Assembly (NCBI GenBank): GCA_964631145.1
Contig: CAZVXT010000001.1
Location: 255,151-319,150 of the forward strand
Direction of reading: 5' to 3'
DNA from: an uncultured Candidatus Saccharibacteria bacterium
Lineage (GTDB): Bacteria > Patescibacteriota > Doudnabacteria > UBA920
Length of the DNA stretch: 64,000 bases
Part shown: positions 59,594-64,000 of the stretch, piece after piece
Position numbering within the stretch: the stretch's first letter is position 1
How the letters are laid out: every line of letters starts with the position of its first letter
Program-made: the position numbers and the translations under genes
Notes under the pieces: model-generated
The model's database searches: none
What the model was told of the DNA's origin: nothing
Seen by the model: only the letters and a program-made list of their open reading frames with translations

Positions 59594-60511
59594 ATGAAAT
59601 ATCGTAACGATTTAATGTTGGCATATATAGGTATGGCAGATGCGTATGCTTTGAGTGCGGAATTTGTTAATAAAAATAATTATCCAGATCAATTACAAAA
59701 ATGTTTAACGTTTGAAAAATATTTAATGAATCCGATTTTTAAACTAACACCAGGATGTTATACAGATGACACAGAAATGTCTGTGGCAAATGCCAGAGTG
59801 TTGATTAAAAATAATTATCCTTTTACAAAGCTGCAATTTGCTAATCAATATGTATTAGAATTTAAACTAGGTGGTTATAGAAAAGGCTATGCCGCCGGCT
59901 TTCAGGCTTTTTTAGAATCTATAAATTCTGGTGAAGAATTTTTACAAAAAATTCATAATAACTCAAATAAAAATGGAGCTGCTATGCGTTCTGTGCCAAT
60001 TGGTGTTCTTCTAAAAATTCATGATGTAATTGAAACTGCAACTTTGCAGGCAAGTATTACTCATAACACGGATCCTGGTTTATTTAGTGCAAGGGCTGTT
60101 GCATTGATGACGCATATGGCACTTTATACTGAATATCCGTTTGCTATGATTTCTCAATATTGTCGAGATTTTTTACCACATGAAGATTTTAAAAAGTTTG
60201 GAGAAATATTTACCAAGTCTTGGAAGGGGACTGCTGTGACAGGGTCTGCTGAGTATTCGATTGCCATTAGCACAGTTAGAGCAGTTCGGCATTTGTTAGA
60301 AAATTGTAATTCTTTAATGGATATATTAAAGACGTTAATAATTTGGGGAGGTGATACAGACAGCGTTGCGGCAATTGCATGGGGAATAGCATCTGCTCGT
60401 TATCAAAATGAAGTTCTACCTAGATTTATGCCCACGGATTTAGAATACGGCAAAGGTTACAGCTATTTATCGGATTTAAGTAATAGCTTGATGGCAAAAT
60501 ACGATAACTAG
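59594..60511 (+). CDS. ADP-ribosylglycohydrolase family protein
   Basis: ARH signatures YTDDTEM and GGDTDSVAAIAWGIA; start at the ATG after AAAGGAGG, not the track start at 59501. Confidence 0.6.
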   Translation: MKYRNDLMLAYIGMADAYALSAEFVNKNNYPDQLQKCLTFEKYLMNPIFKLTPGCYTDDTEMSVANARVLIKNNYPFTKLQFANQYVLEFKLGGYRKGYAAGFQAFLESINSGEEFLQKIHNNSNKNGAAMRSVPIGVLLKIHDVIETATLQASITHNTDPGLFSARAVALMTHMALYTEYPFAMISQYCRDFLPHEDFKKFGEIFTKSWKGTAVTGSAEYSIAISTVRAVRHLLENCNSLMDILKTLIIWGGDTDSVAAIAWGIASARYQNEVLPRFMPTDLEYGKGYSYLSDLSNSLMAKYDN

Positions 60512-60582
60512 AAAAAGCGTCAATATAATATTGACGCTTTATTTTTATAATTATAAATTAGGAGCACAAATTAGTTTTGAGA

Positions 60583-61533
60583 TCAAACTTTATTTAAAAT
60601 ATCTAAAGCCTCCTCAGCACTTTTAGCTTCATATAAATTAGCTCTTAGCTCTCCAGCACCGTCAAAGCCATGGATATAAGCTTTAAAATGTCTCTTCATG
60701 ATGTCAAAGGGTTTGATGCCATTAAATAATTTATGATATAAAGCAATGTGTTCTTTTAATACAGAAATTTTTTCATCTTGAGTAACTAAGGTTTTGGATT
60801 GGTCAAATAACCAGGGGTTGCCAAAAATACCGCGACCAATCATAACACCATCACAGCCAGTAGTATTTATTTTTTCTTGAGCTTGGTGCAAATTTTCTAT
60901 ATCTCCATTACCAATAATTTTTGGTTTATATTGTTCTGTGTAATGTTGTTTGATAAAAGCAACAATGGCTGGCATAAGTTCCCAGTGAGCTGGAACTTTG
61001 CTCATCTCACTCCGTGTGCGCAAGTGAACCGCAATTGCTTCTGGTTTAGCCTCAAGCAATTTACTAATCCATGGTTGCCAATCGATTTTACTGTCACCGA
61101 TTCTAATTTTTACAGATATCGGTATCCTAGCTTCTTTAGAAGCAAGAACTATTTCTTTAGCAAGTTCTGGTGTTTTGAATAGTGCAGCGCAGGAACCAGT
61201 TTTAATAACATTCTTATCTGGGCATCCCATATTTATATCCATACCGTCAAAGCCCAGATCTTTTACAAGTAGTGCGGTTTGATAAAACTTTTCTGGGTTG
61301 GTTCCAAAGACTTGAGCGACTACCGGATGTTCAATATCATTTAGCTTTAAATGATGTAATAGTTTTTCTCGTCCTGCACTTTGAAGTCCTTCAGTAGATA
61401 CAAACTCAGTGTAGAATACATCGGGTTTACCATATTTTGCAATAATATATCTAAAAGCCGCATCTGTAACATCGTACATTGGTGCGAGTGCATAAAAAGG
61501 CTTATTTAGTTTTTCCCAAAAATTATTTTGCAT
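60583..61533 (-). CDS. dus: tRNA-dihydrouridine synthase
   Basis: ALAPMYDVTDAAFR N-terminal Dus motif, TIM-barrel length, catalytic Cys region GCPDKNV. Confidence 0.75.
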   Translation of the reverse strand: MQNNFWEKLNKPFYALAPMYDVTDAAFRYIIAKYGKPDVFYTEFVSTEGLQSAGREKLLHHLKLNDIEHPVVAQVFGTNPEKFYQTALLVKDLGFDGMDINMGCPDKNVIKTGSCAALFKTPELAKEIVLASKEARIPISVKIRIGDSKIDWQPWISKLLEAKPEAIAVHLRTRSEMSKVPAHWELMPAIVAFIKQHYTEQYKPKIIGNGDIENLHQAQEKINTTGCDGVMIGRGIFGNPWLFDQSKTLVTQDEKISVLKEHIALYHKLFNGIKPFDIMKRHFKAYIHGFDGAGELRANLYEAKSAEEALDILNKV

Positions 61534-61602
61534 AAATTATATTTTAGCCTAAAATGCCAAATAAAAAAAGCTCTATAAAAGAGCTTTGGTTGGAAAGTTG
61601 TT

Positions 61603-61914
61603 TTATTTCCAGCAAACGTCTTCAACTGTGGCAAAGTATTTTGACCGACAAAGAAATTTACTTTTTAAATCATACAATGCTACTGCATCTTTAATTAAGT
61701 CTTTTGGCAATGTAATTTCTGTAACTACTTCAAAACTTTGATCAGTATGAGATTCGTTAATAATAAAATCATAAGGTCCATTTGTGAACATTAAAAATTT
61801 ACGTCCTTCGTAAAAGAAATATATTTGCTTATGTTTTTCGCCATGACCTACTGTGGGTTCTATTATCAATTGAGCATGAAATAATTCTTCTGTTACATCT
61901 TCTATATTTGGCAT
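61603..61914 (-). CDS. hypothetical protein
   Basis: 103-aa ORF with GGAGG SD. Confidence 0.3.
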   Translation of the reverse strand: MPNIEDVTEELFHAQLIIEPTVGHGEKHKQIYFFYEGRKFLMFTNGPYDFIINESHTDQSFEVVTEITLPKDLIKDAVALYDLKSKFLCRSKYFATVEDVCWK

Positions 61915-62106
61915 ATTTAAGCCTCCTTTTTATGTAAAATTAGCAACTCAGTTTTGTATGAACTAAAATTTGCTATCTATATTATAGTGGTTTTTTGACC
62001 TTGGTCAATGGCTGGGGGAGAGCGGTGGAAAACTTATAAAAAATACTTGCAAACTTTTTATGAGAGGAATATTATAACCAGGTGCAAAATTTTGCTTGGA
62101 GGAAAT

Positions 62107-62499
62107 ATGAAAACTTTACAGGATCAGCACGTTGATTATTTGATAATTTTGGTAGTTTCATTTTTTGTTTTGATCGCCAGTTTCTGGATTCACTTAAATT
62201 TTTGGATTATGTTTTGTATTTTAGCAATTGCAATTTGTTCTGCGGGTTATGCGGTTTATAAAATTTCTGTAATTTGCAAAACAATAAATACTTTCTCACA
62301 TGTATTACAGCTTAAACTTTGGAAACGCCCTAGTGAATACAAAGCTTGGAAAGAGCGAAAAATTCCAAAAGTTAATTTAAAAATAACAGAACTTTCTGAG
62401 CAGTTAATAAGCTTAAACCCTCAAGATCTACAATATCAAAAAATTTTACAAAATTTGAAAGATGTCAAAATAGCTTCAAAAATCACGGGCTTGTTATAA
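62107..62499 (+). CDS. hypothetical 2-TM membrane protein
   Basis: ATG 5 nt after TGGAGG; the track ORF began upstream at 62008. Confidence 0.3.
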   Translation: MKTLQDQHVDYLIILVVSFFVLIASFWIHLNFWIMFCILAIAICSAGYAVYKISVICKTINTFSHVLQLKLWKRPSEYKAWKERKIPKVNLKITELSEQLISLNPQDLQYQKILQNLKDVKIASKITGLL

Positions 62500-62592
62500 A
62501 TTACAAAAATAGCGCTCTAATCATAGAGCGCTTTTTACATACTTGTAATTTAATAAATTTACTATTATAATGTATCAAATTTAGGAGGCTAT

Positions 62593-63024
62593 ATGAAATC
62601 TATAAAAAATCAAAAGAATTTTTATACTACAGGATATTTTTGCAGTGCCGGTGTTGTATTACTATCGTTAGCTGGTATGGCTTATAATTCGTATCCTTAT
62701 ATAATGATGATAGCGTTTTTTGCTGGTGTAATTTCTGCTATTGGATTTAGTATCTGTTACGATGTTTTTAAGCGAAGAGTAAAAGATTGGCAAGAAAATT
62801 TTTCCGACATTCCTTTAAATTGGAGTTCTGCCCCAGATCATGTTCTCTGGGTAAATAAAAATAGTGCCAAAGTAAGAAGTCAAATTGCTCTTGAAAGTCG
62901 CATTGTAACAAAGGAGCTAATGGAAAATTTAAATGGCAAAACACCTCCAGCAATTTTAGATCGGGCTGTAAAAAATCGAGTTATGCAAATTACTGCAGAA
63001 TACTTCGGCATAAAAGTTACATAA
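62593..63024 (+). CDS. hypothetical membrane protein
   Basis: 143 aa, 2 TM helices, AGGAGG SD. Confidence 0.3.
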   Translation: MKSIKNQKNFYTTGYFCSAGVVLLSLAGMAYNSYPYIMMIAFFAGVISAIGFSICYDVFKRRVKDWQENFSDIPLNWSSAPDHVLWVNKNSAKVRSQIALESRIVTKELMENLNGKTPPAILDRAVKNRVMQITAEYFGIKVT

Positions 63025-63052
63025 CAAAAAGACTTGTCTATTATAGACAAGT

Positions 63053-64000
63053 CTATTTTTTATTGTGAAATCTTTTATGAATTTCGCGAAGCTGCTTATT
63101 GGTCACGTGAGTGTATATTTGAGTTGTTGTGATGGAGGCATGTCCGAGTAAAGTTTGGACACTTCTAATGTCGGCGCCGTTTTGCAACAAGTCAGTAGCA
63201 AATCCATGTCTAAAAGTATGAGGGGTTACTTTGTGCATAATACCGGCAAGTCCTGCATATTTTTTTACCAATCTCTGGACGCTGCGAGCGGTTAATCCGG
63301 GGATCATTTGGTTACCGCCAATGGATTCGATTTGTCTTTCTACGCTATTGCCAACTTTGCTATGGCTAACAAATAGGGCAGGGTTGTTGTCGTTACGTTT
63401 TTTTAAATAATTTTTAATAGCTTTAGCAGCTTCGTCGGACATAAAAACTAATCTAAGCTTATCTCCCTTACCACGGACAGTAAATTCGCCGCGCTCAAAA
63501 TTTAACTGTTTAATTTTTAGTTGTACAAGTTCTGAGATACGTACACCGCTAGAGAAGAGAAGTTCTAAAATTGCCAAATCCCTTAAGCGAGCAACTTCAT
63601 TATTTTCTCTGCTGGTTGCTTCTTTAATGCGATCAAGTTCATCAATTGTTACCACATCAACTTCTCGGCTTGGATTTTTTGGTAATTCTATTTTTTCTGC
63701 TGATAGAGTATCTATATCTCTTTTAGCTAGATACTTTAAAAATGCTCTCACTGCAATGATGTGATAGTTCTGAGTGATGATTTTTAGATTGCGACCTGTG
63801 CGTTCGTCTGTAAGACGGTTTAAATAAAGTCTGTAGCTTCTAACAACTTCTAGATTTACTTGTTTTGGGTCAGTGATATTTTGTGACTTACAGAAAGTGG
63901 AGAAGCGGGAAAGATAGTGGTCGTAGTTGCGAATAGTCTTTTGGGACTTATTTTTTTCTATTTCGCAGTATTCTAAAAAATCCTGAACAAATTTAGCGAT
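63053..64000 (-). CDS. xerD: XerC/XerD-family tyrosine recombinase, N-terminus truncated by the window edge
   Basis: C-terminal catalytic region HTFRHGFATDLLQNGADIRSVQTLLGHASITTTQIYTHV. The reading frame continues in-frame upstream of the GTG start chosen by the track (IAKFVQDFLEYCEIEKNKSQKTIRNYDHYLSRF... core-binding domain) out to position 64000. Confidence 0.7.
   Translation of the reverse strand: MAKFVQDFLEYCEIEKNKSQKTIRNYDHYLSRFSTFCKSQNITDPKQVNLEVVRSYRLYLNRLTDERTGRNLKIITQNYHIIAVRAFLKYLAKRDIDTLSAEKIELPKNPSREVDVVTIDELDRIKEATSRENNEVARLRDLAILELLFSSGVRISELVQLKIKQLNFERGEFTVRGKGDKLRLVFMSDEAAKAIKNYLKKRNDNNPALFVSHSKVGNSVERQIESIGGNQMIPGLTARSVQRLVKKYAGLAGIMHKVTPHTFRHGFATDLLQNGADIRSVQTLLGHASITTTQIYTHVTNKQLREIHKRFHNKK

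Overview
AT-rich (roughly 35% GC by eye), gene-dense bacterial chromosome segment. Coding uses the standard code: pilB ends at a TGA, and most other stops are TAA or TAG. Several features suggest a reduced-genome, Gram-positive-type or Patescibacteria-like organism, but I make no firm taxonomic call: few Shine-Dalgarno sites, leaderless promoters, lamin-tail-domain surface proteins, a type IV pilus operon, and a very large S/T/A/G-rich surface protein. The window holds housekeeping genes (rpmF, nusB, hup, typA/bipA, holA-like, a DEAD-box helicase, dus, a pseudouridine synthase), seven tRNAs (Gly, Pro, Lys, His and three Arg isoacceptors, six on the minus strand), several ABC exporters, and one long co-directional plus-strand block from 12.6 to 30.8 kb. 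That block runs in order: a 2336-aa Sec-signal polymorphic toxin with a TcB/TcC-like architecture (SpvB N-domain, FG-GAP-like propeller, RHS/YD shell, RHS core) carrying an unrecognisable roughly 195-aa C-terminal toxin domain; a 124-aa candidate immunity gene overlapping the toxin stop; a YknXYZ/MacAB-like HlyD adaptor, ABC ATPase and two FtsX permeases; and a pilB-pilC-pilM-pilN-pilO operon. This toxin, immunity, exporter and pilus island is the most interesting candidate system here. Other observations include a probable S-layer gene with strong codon bias behind an 800-bp leader that holds a consensus promoter plus terminator (candidate sRNA) and a perfect 12-bp inverted repeat. Two tRNA-Arg genes are flanked by partial duplications of their own ends, which look like att-site scars. 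One of these scars brackets a 190-bp insert with a 31-bp palindrome. The window ends in a truncated XerD-like tyrosine recombinase.
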